DNA of 64,000 nucleotides from Somniosus microcephalus (GCA_052327205.1 CM126231.1:20336001-20400000), one strand, 5' to 3'; shown: positions 40,438 through 53,979, numbered from the stretch's first letter. Numbers and translations are program-made. Notes: a model not told the origin generated them from the letters alone.

Positions 40438-41064
40438 TTGTTATTTTGCTGCCCAATTGTAATCAGTGCTCCAACATCAAGATGTAGCTCCTGTGGAGTT
40501 CTTGTTTCTGTGGTGGGATGTGAACGCTAAGTCCTTTGGAGGACAAGCGACCATCGTAGGATGGTAGGAGGAAGGCAAGACGAAGGAGGGAAGGAGTTCA
40601 GAGTCTGACTTCCAACACCTTGAGTTACACAGAAAAGAGGAATGGCGTGCAGGATGGGATATTTGCATTTTGGGAGGAAGAAGGGAGAGGAACAATGGCT
40701 AATGATATCACAATAGAAAGCGTTGCTGAGAATTACTGTCCCAACCACAAATCATTCTTTGAATCACTGTATTTGAGTAAATTTTACAAAGCAGGACTCT
40801 ACTTATATTTAGTTATACAAGTGGAAAGGAATTAGGTAAAATAATGATTGGGCTCTAGCAAAAATTAATAGTTGAAGATCTAAGATATGTTAATAAATTG
40901 TGATTTTTCTACTAGGGAGAGGGAGGCAAAGGTGGTTGGAGCCTTAGTGTAAACTGAAAGATTCTGGATCATGCCAATATTTCTATCCTCCAGCCTTCAC
41001 TCTGTCTCTCGCACAACCTTGTCTCTTAATTTGATTGATAGACACCTATCATCACTGCTCTCTG

Positions 41065-41880
41065 AATTTGGATGATGTGCAGGCTTGGGCTGTTAAGTGG
41101 CAGGTAACATTCGCGTCACACAAGTGCCAGGCAATGACTATCTCCAACAAGCGAGAGTCTAACCACCGCCCCTTGACATTCAACGGCATTACCATCGCCG
41201 AATCCCCCACCATCAACATCCTGGGGGTCATCATTGACCAGAAACTTAACTGGACCAGCCACATAAATACTGTGGCAACAAGAGCAGGTCAGAGGCAAGG
41301 TATTCTGTGGCGAATGTCTCACCTCCTGACTCCCCAAAGCCTTTCCATCATCAACAAGGCACAGGTAAGGAGTGTGGTGGAATACTCTCCACTTGCCTGG
41401 ATGAGTGCAGCTCCAACAACACTCAAGAAGCTCGACACCATCCAGGACAAAGCAGCCGCTTGATTGGCACCACATCCACCACCTCAAACATTCACTCCCT
41501 CCACCACCGGTGTACCGTGGCTGCCATGTGTACCATCTACAAGATGCACTGCAGCAACTCGCCAAGGCTTCTTCGGCAGCACCTCCCAAACCCGCAACCT
41601 CTTCCACCTAGAAGGACAAGGGCAGCAGGAGCATGGGAACACCACCACCTCCAAGTTCCCCTCCAAGTCACACACCATCCTGACTTAGAAGTATATCGTC
41701 GATCCTTCATCGTCGCTGGGTCAGAATCCTGGAACTCCCTCCCTAACAGCACTGCGGGAGTACCTTCACCACACGGACTGCAGCGGTTCAAGAAGGCGGC
41801 TCACCACCACCTTCTCAAGGGCAATTAGGGATGGGCAATAAATGCTGGCCTTGCCACATCCCATAAACGATTTAAAAAAA
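41065..41880 (+). mobile_element. CR1-group LINE (second family) 3' fragment
   Basis: WQVTFASHKCQAM, NILGVIID, KAQVRSVVEYSPLAW, WNSLP; same tail as 30690-31303. Confidence 0.88.
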
Positions 41881-43187
41881 TCTTCCTCTGTTACTTTCCG
41901 AGATATGGGCAGCACGGTCTTATTCACTCTTCCCATCGCCCTTGCTCTGTTGGAATCAAGTCTCGTATTTGAATTTGTTCTTTCCCAAGACCTCAGCACT
42001 GTGGATCTCGCCACCTATATCAGTCCTTCTTTTCTCCTACACCACGCAGGCTTTCTCGGGTGTCCTTCATTTCCTGACTTATCTTAATCTGCTCTCAGCC
42101 TTGGTGTTATCCTGCACTTTTGGCTTGGCCCTTCACCCTGACTTCTCAATTAAAAAAAACCCTCTCTCCTTGCACTGAGCGTGCAGGTCCCGGCAATCAA
42201 TCCACAGGCCAGCCCTGAAGTCTGGCAAGAGATTAAGTAATGTGAAAAATGGGTTGAAATCTAAACGACGTCGACCCAGCAACTGCAGACACAAAGGCCA
42301 CTCAAAGGATCCTGTCATTCTCGAACAGGGTCCCTAAATCAGCATGTTGCTCTTAATTTCTGCAGAGCTCTGAACCAAATTCCGAGATTGCCACAAGAAA
42401 GACAATAGTACAATTCAAGATGTTCCAGTGATAATCACATTTGTTCCATATCCATTTTGTTGGAGGCATTTGTGACAGCAAGACGCAGCCCAGAACCATT
42501 ATCTCATGTCCAAAGGATGAATAAATTGCTGCTTGCTGCGACACATTCTGACTAATTACCATGTACCAGTGTATTTATTTTTCTCCTAAGGTTTTTCCCT
42601 AATAAAACACAGATGACTTGTGCTCACCACAGAAATGCAGAGAATTTTCTGCTGCTCCATTGTTTTTCTAAGGCTGTGTGTTTTATGTAAAGGTTAAACG
42701 CGGAGTCAGATCCATCAATGTCCTCTGTTTGCCAACAGTGGGGAGGTCAAAGTTTCACATAAACATACGCAACACTAACATTTTTGTTGAGTGGCGCATG
42801 AGTACTTACTTTTCAGTCCTCCAGTTGGGGATCTTGCAAAAGTATGGGACAGCATTTTAACTCCCTTTCCCAAAAACGCATTCACATTGAAGTGATTTTG
42901 ATTTCTGCCCTATGCTCATTCCTTGATTGTAAATGCCCCAGAGCTTTGCACACTGTATTCCAAATGCCAACCATCTGATTGAAACACTTGAGTTACAAAT
43001 TGCTGCCTAATCTAACAGCTCATTAGGTGGCCAGTTTGCAAATAGGAACACTCAATATACCCTGTCCCACTACTGCACCCGCCCCCCCACAACTCCCCAG
43101 TCCATTGAAGCGCCTCTTCTGCTACAAGAAGGAGAAGACATGTTGCCTTCTTAATTTTGAGAGTCTCTCTCTGTTGCAGATGGAATT

Positions 43188-43553
43188 AACATAGAAACAT
43201 AGAAGATAGGAGCAGGAGTAGGCCATTCGGCCCCTCGAGCCTGTTCCGCCATTTAATGAGATCATGGCTGATCATCCAAACTCAGTACCCTGCCTTCTCC
43301 CCATATCCCTTGATCCCTTTAGCCTTAAGAAATATATCTAACTCCTTCTTGAATATATTTAATGAATTGGCCTCAACTGCCCTGTGTGGCAGAGAATTCC
43401 ACAGGTTCACCACTCTCTGGGTGAAGAAATTCCTCCTCATCTCAGTCCTAAATGGCTTACCCCTTATCCTTAGACTGTGACCCCTGGTTCTGGACTCCCC
43501 CCGCCATCGGGAACATCCTTCCTGCATCTAGTCTGTCTAGTCCTGTTAGAATT
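43188..43553 (-). mobile_element. CR1 3' fragment
   Basis: RTRGHSLRIRG..WNSLP; tail cttctatgtttctatgtt. Confidence 0.9.
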
Positions 43554-44066
43554 TGACTGAACAAAGCCACTTGCACCCGGATGAGAGAGGATCATGTCGG
43601 CAACTGGCATGCTGCAAAAAACGAGTTTACAAATGGGTTACGTATTGCTCTCTGAAAATAGCACTGCGCTTCTGTGCCTTATGAGTTGATGTCTTCACTG
43701 CACGCCATGCCTCAGCAAGACTTTGAAAAATTAGTGAAGATGTCTCTGGAATGCACTCAAGCAGAATGATGGAAACAGCAGCAGCAAAGTGCTCCCAAGG
43801 GTGAATTAAACATGTATCAGTAACTGCATTCATGATGTTCTCTTCCTCCGAACTCTGGTGAATTTTGCCTCTTGCATATTTCAATATAAAGGCGACCTGA
43901 TTTTCTGTTACTGTCTTGATAGTTCAGGATTCTCTATGTTGTATGAAAGATAATAGTTCCCTTTTTATCTTTTAAGTGCAAAGTGTTCAAAAGAATGGGA
44001 ACGAAGATGACCATCACACAATTTGATGCTAAAACTGTACCAGAATGGTGGGTGGGCTCTATTTCA

Positions 44067-44533
44067 GAAAGAAAGACTTGCATTTCTATAGCGCCTTTCA
44101 CAACCACCAGACGTCTAAAAGCACTTTACAGCCAATGAAGTATTTGAAACGTAGTCACTGTTGTAAGGTGGGAAACGCGGCAGCCAATTTGCGCACAGCA
44201 AGCTCCCACAAACAGCAACGTGATAATGACCAGATAATCTGTTTTTGTTAGGTGGATTGAGGGATAAATATTGGTCAGGACACCAGGGATAACTCCCCTG
44301 CTCTTCTTCGAAATAGCATCTTGGGATCTTTTACGTCCACCTGAGAGCGCAGACGGGGCCTCGGTTTAACGTCTCATCCGAAAGACCGCACCTCCGACAG
44401 ATGCAGCACTTCCTCAGCACTGCATTGGAGTGTCAGCCTAGAATTTTTTATGTGCACAAGTCGCTGGAGTGGGGACTTGAACCCACAACCTTCTGGCAGA
44501 GGCGAGTGTGCTGCCCACTGAGCCACAGCTGAC
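44067..44533 (-). mobile_element. DeuSINE, full length
   Basis: Reverse complement matches 48275-48725. Confidence 0.88.
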
Positions 44534-45664
44534 AAGTAATGAGCAATGAGTATTTACGTGGTTTTTGGGAAGCCCTAATGTGCAGTGCCTTGATTGATAT
44601 GGTAGACGGTCAACCTGAAGCTAGTCTTCTAACGTCTAACTCATGAGCTTGATAATGCTGAGGAAAGGTCCAACATTTTTCAACTTTTCAGGAAATCTGT
44701 GGTCTCCCCTGATAGTGCTGCTGAGGCTACAACACCTGCGCTGCATATCACTTACATTTTTTCTAATAGATACCAGTAAAGGGGTTGACTGGCTGGAGGG
44801 GAGGACATGGGACATGGAAGATAAAAAAGGCAATCTGCAAGAACATGCCGCATCACATATGACATTGGCTGCCAATCAGGTGTACACAGTGCAGCCTAAC
44901 GCAAAGCTTGGAGCGTGGGGATGGAGTGAAAGGACACGGAGGAAGATACCATGGTCTGGTTTGACTGGGATTAGCAGCTTGTGGTTTGTGTGCATGGGAA
45001 AAAAATGAAGTTGCAGTTGGTTGTATTGTTTGAAGAAAACTTAAGTCAAGGGGCAAAGGCCCTTTGGTGCAGGGCACCACCAAGGTTGAAAAGAGGAGGT
45101 ACACGTGGAAGAAGTGCTCCAGTGACACCAACCTTGTCTTTGAAAACCAGTGGATTGTCGGAGAAGGAGAAGACAGAGTGAAGTTTGGAGTTCTAATTTT
45201 GAGAGGTCCTGGTAAAAAATGAGTTAGGGTGATAAGTTTTGATTTCAAAATGGTGAGTTTCTAGAGAGGAAGAACAACATATAGAGAAAGAATTTACATT
45301 TATATAGGCCTAGAAATTGGGTATAGCCCCGCTTGAGGCGTTAGAAATGGCGCTGCGCAAAGTTTATAGCCAGACGAAACTTATCGCCGCCTGGCGCGAT
45401 ATTGGGTTGCATCGCCCCCAAAGGGGAATGAGGTGCGAATTCAGACGTTGCACGGGCCTCCCAAGGCGCAAAACTTCCGGCGCTACCCAATATCGGCGCG
45501 GACGGGCGCAGCGCAGGTGATCTCAATTACCGATAACCACGAGACTTCTAGGCGCCGGCCGGCTCTTAAAGGGGTGGGTCAGTCAGCCTCAGCTTCCACA
45601 CTCATCGCCCTGTAGGCCTCAGAATCGGCGCAGGCCCTTCTCTGGTGCTAAAAACTTGGGCCAG

Positions 45665-46333
45665 ATGGAGAAGGTGAGACAGAGAGCAGAGCACTTCACC
45701 AATGAGGCTCTGGAGCAATTGGTGGCCGCAGTGGAGTGCCGGCGAGATGTTCTCTACCCAGACAATGGCACGAGGCCGAATCATAAGGACTACCGATGAG
45801 CTTGGAGGGATGTATGCCAGAGGGTCAACTCCAGCAGCATGGTGACCAGGAGCCCTGTCCAATGCAGAAAGAAATTCAATGACCTCACTCGGGTCGTGAG
45901 GGCGAGTGTTGTTTCTGCAAACTTCTGCATCCCTTCATTTGCACCTGACTTTATGGCTACAGGGTGGGCTGTGCCCCATTGGCCATCTGCCAGCAAGCAC
46001 CCATGGCCCTTTCTGGGCACACACATGCACATTTGACTCAAGGCGTCATGTAAGTGCTCTTGCACCATGGGGGGCATGAGATGATCACTCAGGGCATCAT
46101 GTAAGGGCTCTTCCACCATGGGGGGCATGAGATGATCACTCAGGGCATCATGTAACATAACTTCCCCTCCTTTCCCCTGCAGTCCAAGCTGGCGAGGATT
46201 GGCAAAGACCAGCTTCGCACCGGTGGAGGACCTCCACAAGTGGTCACTCTCACGGATCTCGAGGAGAGAGTCCACCAGATTCTTGGAGGACGTCTGAGTG
46301 GTCCTGTAACCACTGCAGCTGCCGACAGCGATG
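45665..46333 (+). pseudogene. Harbinger Myb/SANT-like DNA-binding protein, spliced (exons 45665-45901 and 46183-46333; possible exon from 46493)
   Basis: MEKVRQRAEHFTNEALEQLVAAVECRRDVLYP..*AWRDVCQRVN..RSPVQCRKKFNDLTRVVR | SKLARIGKDQLRTGGGPP..LTDLEERV; phase-0 intron GCGAGT...ttcccctgcAG; donor GTAAGG; one TGA at 45797. Confidence 0.8.
46036..46155. repeat. 51-bp tandem duplication within the Myb/SANT intron
   Basis: ggcatcatgtaag..caccatggggggcatgagatgatcactca repeated. Confidence 0.85.
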
Positions 46334-48274
46334 GTAAGGTTCTCACCTTTTACAACTGTCTCCTTCCACTTGTTCCCCCCACCAGCATGCTTTCACACTG
46401 TGGACCCATGTCATAGCCTTGCCGCAAACTGGCATCCCTTGCTGCCAAGCTGTCCTTTTGCTAAAGCCACTCTTCCACCTCCCTGCTTTCAGATGCTGCA
46501 TCACCAGCTCGGGAGCCGGGTCCTCAAGCTGCCAGTGCCAGTGCCTCCGAAGGCTCAATGAGAAAATTACTGTCCAACAGAAGGTCAGCAACTCTCTCCA
46601 GCAACGATCAGAATGGCCAGCCCAAATGGCTGCAGCTTTTATACTAGTGCTGTCCCCTTTAAATAGCGCCCCCCGAGTCCGAGAAGGGCCTGGGAACGCT
46701 CCATCCAATTGTCACTAATAGCGCTAGGCGAAAAGGTTGCGGGCGCCACCGAATATCTGGTCCGGGGCGCCAAAAAGGCGTTGCACACTGAAATGACGTC
46801 ATGATCTGCCCGCGCCCGTGGGCGAGCGAAAAGAGTTAGCGCCGGCGCTAAAAGGATACTCAATATGGGAGGTGGCGCTATATTCACTGCGCCTGCCCGA
46901 AAATTGGGTAACGCCCCAATTCTCGGGCTCTTTAGGCGCTAATCGCTGGCGCTACCAACCGAATTTCTAGGTCATAGTGTCTCAGGATGTCCAGGAGCAC
47001 TTCAGAACCTACGAGTATGAAGCACAGTCACTCTGATTATGTAGGCAAATGATTTGCACACAGCAAGATCTCACAAACAGCAAAAGGATGATCAGTTTTT
47101 GGTAGTATTGTCGAGGGAGGAATGTTGACCAGGATACCAGGACACTCCCTGCTCTTCTTTGAATAGCGCCAAGGAATGTTTTTCGTCCATCTGAACAAGC
47201 AGCGACCTCAATTTAACACCACGAGCTGAAATGTGCCTCCTCCGCCAGTACAGCACTCCCTCAATACTGCACTGAAAGATCAGCTGAGATCATGTGCTTA
47301 TATCCAGAAATGGGGCTTGAACTCATGACCGTCTAACTCAGAGCAGAGAGTAGTACCAACTGTAGGACAGGTTAGTTGGAGTTTAGGAAGAGCAATTATG
47401 GCAATTAAATTATCAGAGAAAACAGAGATATTTATTTTTAGTTGTCATTGAACAGACACAATGTGCAGCGATACAATTAGTGTCATGTTAAGGGGGAAAG
47501 AAAGCTTTGATTACAAGGTATTACTGTAACCTAATGCTGATTAGAAGTCTTAGCACTGTTACTATCTGTATGCGATGAAGTCATTCTGACACAACAGCTC
47601 TTGTGAACCATATTATTGTCTAAGATCTGACACATTGAGCCGAAAGCAAAATGACAAGGCCAGCAGCAGTCAATCACAAGTGGAGAACTTGGAAAATCAA
47701 AGGTGTCTTGAGTGCTGCCCTACAGATAAAGGAAACCAAAGATAATGTTTGATATACATCAGTTGTTCAAGTGTGATTAATGACAGGGATGCATAACAAT
47801 GAATTACTGTTGGAAAATGTCAGGGGTGACAACTGATTAAAAAAAAAATTTTTTTTACAGCAAACTTCATCACAGTTGAAAGATATCTGCAAGAACATTT
47901 TCTGGAGCAAATAAAGAACAGCTCCTTTCCCCACCCCATGAGTCTTGGGCCACAGGTCCTGTTGCACGTTGGAAGTTGTAACTCTTTGTTGAGAGCGCGC
48001 ACATTCCAGGTATACGAGGCCGCAGCACTTGGGCACGGTGCCCGTCTTGGGCATGGTGACCGTCTTGGGCACCGATAAGGTTGGGTGTGGGCTCTTCCAG
48101 ACGTGTTGGTTCCAACCGAACTTGTAACCTTGGCTGCAAAGAGCTGGCGCTCACTTAACGGAAAACGGTCAGCTTTAGAGCAACAGGGTCAAGGACTGAG
48201 ACCTCACTCGCCCTCTTGACCACAAGAAACCAAAAGCAAGGAGAAAATGTTGCCTGGTTGCTCAATGGGCCGTG

Positions 48275-48725
48275 TCAGCTATGGCTCTGTTGGTAGCACC
48301 CTCGCCTCTGAGTCAGAAGGTTGTGGATTCTAAGTCCCACTTCAGAGACCCGAGCACAAAAATCCAGGCTGACACTCCAGTGCAGTACTGAGGGAGCGCT
48401 GCACTGTCTGAGGTGTTGTCTTTCAGATGAGACCGAGGCCCTGTCAAGTGGACGTAAAAGGTCCCACGGCACTATTTCGAAGAAGAGCAGGGGCAGTTCT
48501 CCCTGGTGTCCTGAGGCCAATATTTATCCCTCAATCAACATCACAAAAAACAGACTATCTGGTCATTATCACATTGCTATTTGTGGGAGCGTGCTGTGTG
48601 CAAATTGGCTGCCGTGTTTCCTACATTACAACAGTGACCACACTTAAAAAGTACTTCATTGGCTGTAAAGTGCTTTGGGATGTCTGGTGGTCATGAAAGG
48701 TGCTATATAAATGCAAGTCTTTCTT
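48275..48725 (+). mobile_element. DeuSINE, full length
   Basis: tRNA-like head, gcagtactgagggagcgctgcactgtc core, tail gaaaggtgctatataaatgcaagtctttc. Confidence 0.88.
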
Positions 48726-49464
48726 ATTTTGGGCAAGTGTGCTGTTTGGTGAGCTGCTGAGTTATACCAGGTTTAGTCTCAGGTCTGTGTTGAGTTACTT
48801 GATTGAATCAGTTCACTGGTGAAAGGAGCATTAGGATGGGCTTCAATGTTCCTGGGCTAGGAAGTGGAAAATAGAAATCGGCCATCAATCCCATTCCTGA
48901 TTGCTTTTCCACTGGAAAGTATATAAGAGGCGAGTATCAGGTGAGGGAAGGGTCATGCCCTACTGTAGTGTTCGCTGCAGTTGTGTAGCCTGCTGGAAAC
49001 TCACTGAAGACTCGTACCTGAAGGGTGGACAAGCAGATGAAGTAGCAGAGAGCTGTTGGCATCATGGACCCCGGTGCCATGGACCCATATCCCAGCGAGA
49101 GTCAACATCTTCAGGAGAGGCAGGGAGAAAACGGAGAGCGGGGGGGGGAGCAGTAAAACTTTAAAGGAGGAGGACAGAACCAAGAATCAAACTTGTTTAC
49201 AGCTGACGTGTTGAACATCAGACAACCAGCAATGGTTGCTCACATGAGTGCAGAGCTGTAGGAGCAGGTGCTAGAACCTGCTTACTGAAATGCTGTGGCA
49301 CTAGGGATTACAGCTACCTTTGAAAGGATCACAAAGAAGTAATCAAATTAAAAGGGATCAGATGACAAGCAACACAGAGAGCAATTTGCTCCATCAAAAC
49401 CCCTTTGGAATCATCCTCATTTTTTTGTATTTAAAACAAAGTTAAATTTTGAATTATCGCTTCT

Positions 49465-50642
49465 GCCATGGCTCAGTTGGGAGCACTCTCGGCTTTGAGT
49501 CAGAAGGTTGTGGGTTCACGTTCCACGCCAGAGAGTTGAGCACAAAATCTAGGCTGACACTCCAAAGAAATGCTGCACCGACAGAGGTGCCTTCTTTCGG
49601 ATCAGACATCTGCCCTCTCGGATGAACGTAAAAGATCCCACGGCACTACTTCGAAGAAGAGCAGGGGAGATCTCCTCAGTGCCTGGGCCAATATTTAACC
49701 CTCAACCAAAATCACTAAGACAGATTACCTGGTCATTATCACATTGTTGTTTGTGGGACCTTGCTGTGCATATTTGGCTGCCGCATTTCCCTACTTCTTC
49801 TTCTTAGGCAGTCCCTTGGAACCGAGGATGACTTGTTTCCACATTAAAAATGAGTTTTCAGGTGACTGATGAGTCCAGTGCGGGACCTACAGTCTCTGTC
49901 ACAGGAGCGGCAGACGGTGGTTGAAGGGGCGGGTGGGTGGGGTGCTTGGGCTGATGTGCGCTCCTTGCGCTTGGCTTCCGGCGAAGAGACTCGAGGTATT
50001 CGGTGCCTTCCCGGATGCTTCTCCTCCACTTTGTACGGTCTTGGGCCAGGGATTCCCAGGTGTCGGTGGGGATGTTGCACTTTTTCAAGGCATCTTTGAG
50101 GGTGTCCTTGAAGCGTTTCCTCTGCCCACCTGGGGCTCTCTCGCCATGTCGGTGCTCCGAGTAGAGTGCTTGTTTTGGGAGTCTCGTATCGGGCATGCGA
50201 ACAATGTGACCCGTCCATCGGAGCTGATTGAGCGTGGTCAAAGCTTCAATGCTGGGGATGTTGGCCTGAGCAAGAACACTGACATTGGTGTGCCTATCCT
50301 GCCAATGGATTTGCAGGATCTTGCGGAGGCACTGTTGGTGGTACCTCTTCAGTGCTTTGAGGTGCATGCTGTACATGGTCCATGTCTCTGAGGCATACAG
50401 GAGGGCGGGTATCACTGCTGCTCTGTAGACCATGAGCTTGGTGCCGGGTTTGAGGTCCTGGTCTTCAAACACTCTCTTCCTCAGGCGACTGAAGGCTGCA
50501 CTGGCACACTGAAGGCGGTGTTGGTGTTTTCTCTACATTACAACAATGACTGCACTTCAAAAAGTACTTCATTGGCTGCAAAGCGCTTTGGAATGTCTGG
50601 AGCTCATGAAAGGTGCTATATAAATGCAAGTGTTTCTTTCTT
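49465..50642 (+). mobile_element. DeuSINE split by an RTE insertion
   Basis: Head 49465-49794 and tail 50528-50642 are collinear with 48275-48725. Confidence 0.85.
49795..50527 (-). mobile_element. RTE-clade LINE 3' fragment
   Basis: ORF 49858-50472 (TKLMVYRAAVIPALLYASETWT, LRWTGHIVRM, GGQRKRFKDTLK), C-terminal CxxC..HxxxH remnant, (AAG)n tail; TSD TTTCCCTAC/TTTCTCTAC. Confidence 0.88.
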
Positions 50643-51214
50643 TCAGGGAAGCTCATCCCATGGGGCCCAGTAATTTCTCAAGTTTCTCTGCTCTTGATTA
50701 TCAAATCTTGCCAAATGATGAGAGAAAATGCTCACTAAACAATTAAGGCAAGTGATAGACCATTCAGATCTGTTCAGAGATTGGCATTTTGATCCCCACT
50801 GTGACTTCTTCTATAAAAACACAGCACTTGGGCAGAAAATCTCACCTCATGCAGAAAGAGTGGACATTTGTAGGGTTTGTCATGAGATCGTTCACAAAGG
50901 CAAATTACTTGCTCTACTAACAGGACAGGCCCATGTTAGCCTTGTTGACCAAAGTTACTTCATACCAAAAAAAAAGGGTAAATTGACCTTGCGGTCCAAG
51001 CAGGGAGCTGCACCCAAAGGTAATGCGTGTTGGAGATAGGGCAGTAGTTCCGATTCTCTGACCCGCACTCTCCTCCAGCTCGGCCCCCTGCTGGAAGCAC
51101 AGAATCAGTGGAGTTTATCTTTTGCGGTCATGATCATTCCCTCACAGATGAGGTTCCTGACAGCCACATCAACAAAGTGCTGCAATATCAGAAGCGTGGA
51201 CCTGGGCACCCCAA

Positions 51215-51560
51215 GGGACCTCACTCTTTAGCATCCGAGACAGGTGGTTGTGGGTTGAAGCCCCACTCCAGGGACTGGAGCACGTCACCTAGGCTGACAT
51301 TTCCCAATGTTACATTGTTGTGTCTTTCAGAAGAGATGTTAAGTTGAGGCCCTGTCTGACTTGGCAAGATGGATGTAAAGTTGCGATGGCACCGTGACAA
51401 GAGCAGCAGGGGAGTTCTCCTGGTGTCCTGGTTAACGTTTAGACATTCAAGCAACACCATTGAAACAAATTAACTGGTCATTTATCATGTTGTTTATGGA
51501 ACCTTGTCGTGTACAAATTTGCTCTCGACAGTTTCCTAACAATGAGTGCACTTCAAAAAA
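51215..51560 (+). mobile_element. Degenerate DeuSINE
   Basis: ggttgtgggttgaagccccactccaggg, gcaggggagttctcctggtgtcctgg. Confidence 0.65.
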
Positions 51561-52617
51561 ATGTGAAAAGACATTGCTGGGGATATATTGCAGATCAGTC
51601 AGCCCTCAGAAAAAGAAGCAACTCTTTAAATGTTAAAATAGTGCACTGCCAGATATAACATTTAATATAAACTTTTGGGGGGGGTTGCGAGGGGTGCTTG
51701 AGAGCTGCTGTCAGGGCTCGGTTTAGGGGTAAGAAAGTTTAACTGGGATCTCTTGCTTTCTGTAAGGCTGGTCTCCAGTTTACAACAAGTCTTAACAAAG
51801 AGTCCTGGTGAAGTATTCAAGGGGGAAAGTGGCACGCAGAATTCACAAGCCCTTATTTGAACACGGGTTCCACTTACCCCTAGAAATGCAGCTCGATGGT
51901 TTGGTTGGACTGCTCATCACAGAATCATTGAATAGTGCAGCACAGAAGGAGGCCATTCGGCCCAGCGAGGAGCAATCCAGTTAGTCCCACTCCCCCTGCT
52001 CTTTCCCCATTTCCTTGCTATTTTTTTCTCATCAGAACCAGCGCAATCAGAAGAGGACAGACTAAAAATGAAGATGGGGAGAATAATGGGTGGAGGTGAA
52101 GATTTGTTGGCCAGCTATATCTGTGTTTTTCCACAGTGAGTGCAGCCTGTGTGTTTGCTCCACCTGTCCAGTTTAGGTATGGTTGCTGTGTCCTTCCAAG
52201 CAAAGACAATGATCTGCAGGTGTAGCAAACATCTCAGAAAATTCACTAAATCAAAGCACTCAAAAACCTGGGGCATCTTTCTTACAGAGATTATTTATTT
52301 TCCTCTTCTTGTTGTACGGGCTCCGACTGTGAGCTTACTGCATTGTGAAGGGGGGGCGGTGGGGGGGGGGTGAAGGGCGGAAATAACAGTTGCTGTCACC
52401 CAACAGTGTTAGCTGTTCGGGCATGGGGGCTGGCGGGAGAGGTGGAGGTGGGGGCGATGCCCTGTTAATTCGGGAAGATTCTTTGGGCGCTTCCTGTTTA
52501 CCCCACTCACTCCGACACATTGCTTCAAAAAAAAAAAAATCCAGTATTTCTCTGCTCCTTTCTTACAAAAGTGCTGACTCGTGCTCAGGTACAATTTGAC
52601 TGGCACTGGTTGGCTTT

Positions 52618-53635
52618 CTTTTAAATTCATTGATGGGATGTGGGCATCACTGGCAAGGCTAGCCTTTATTGCCCATCCCTAATTGCCCTTTAAGGTGGTG
52701 GCTGCAGTCCGTGTGGTGAAGGTACTCCCACAGTGCTGTTGGGGAGCGAGTTCCAGGATTTTGACCCAGCGACGATGAAGGATCGGCGATATATTTCCAA
52801 GTCAAGATGGTGTGATTTGGAGGGGAACTTGCAGGTGGTGGTGTTCCCACGTGCCTGCTGCCCTTTTCCTTCCAGGTGGAAGAGGTGGCGCGTTTGGGAG
52901 GTGCTGCCGAAGAAGCCTTGGCGAGTTGCTGCAATGCATCTTGTAGATGGTACACACTGCAGCTACAGTGATTCAGTGGTGGAGAGAGTGAATGTTTAAA
53001 GTGGTGGATTAAGCGGATTGCTTTGTCCTGGATGGTGTCGAGCTTCGAGTGTTATTGGAGCTGCACTCATCCAGGCAAGTCGAGAGTATTCCATCACACG
53101 CCTTACTTATGCCTTGTAGATGGTGGAAAGGCTTTGGGGAATCAGGTGGTGAGTCACTTGCCGCAGAATACCCAGCCTCTGACCTGCTTTTGTAACCACA
53201 GTATTTATGTGGTTGGTCCAGTTAAGTTTTTGGTCAATGGTGTCCCCCAGGATGTTGATGGTGGGGGATTCAACAATGATAATGCCTTTGAATTTCATTG
53301 GGGTGGTGGTTAGACTTTCTCTTGTTAGAGATGGTCATTGCCTGACACTTGTGTGGAACGAATGTTACTTGCCACTTATCAGCCCAAGCCTGAATGTTGC
53401 CCAGTTCTTGCTGCATGTGGGCATGGACTGCTTCATTATCTGAGGAGTTGCGAATGGTGCTGAACACTGTGCAGTCATCAGCGAACATCCCCATTTCTGA
53501 CATTATGATGGAGGGAAGGTCATTGATGAAGCAGCTGAAGATGGTTGAGCCTAGGACACTGCCCTGAGGAACTCCTGCAGTGATGATTGACCTCCAACAA
53601 CAACAACCACCATCTTCCTTTGTGCTAGGTAGGAC
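52618..53635 (-). mobile_element. CR1-group LINE (second family) fragment including RT core
   Basis: [34 protein letters not shown]; same tail as 41065-41880. Confidence 0.88.
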
Positions 53636-53748
53636 TACCTCACTTATGAGTCCACTCTTCATGGGCGAGCCTTGATGGTGAGTGTTGACCGCCCATTCAA
53701 CCGTGGGGCATCACAGTCAAGCCCTGTGCTATCTTTGCCAAATAGACA

Positions 53749-53979
53749 TGACATGAATCAGTCAGTCATTCATGAAAGAAAGACTTATGAAATAATACTG
53801 AGCGGCCTATGGGTGGCGCTGTCCAGGGAGAGTATAAATACTCAGGTACGGGCCCAGCTTGCGCAGGACATTCTTAACAGGAACTAGTGAAGGACACAAC
53901 TAGACCTCCATGTTGTAAAACAGTTGATTAAAGCTTTGTTTAACGCTTAGACCAAGTGCCTAGTAGTTTTCTTACATCA
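53749..53979 (+). mobile_element. Solo LTR
   Basis: TGAC...CATCA termini, TATAAA and ATTAAA, 5-bp TSD AGACA; homologous to 55707-55919. Confidence 0.85.

Larger units (their letters stand above)
45307..46973 (+). mobile_element. Non-autonomous PIF/Harbinger transposon carrying a Myb/SANT gene remnant
   Basis: TIRs GGCCTAGAAATT / AATTTCTAGGTC; TSD ATA; internal Myb/SANT exons; no DDE transposase seen. Confidence 0.85.
45285..47362 (-). mobile_element. DeuSINE (45285-45306 plus 46977-47362) split by a Harbinger element
   Basis: aaagaatttacatttatata | gtgtctcaggatgtcc reconstitutes the SINE tail. Confidence 0.7.
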
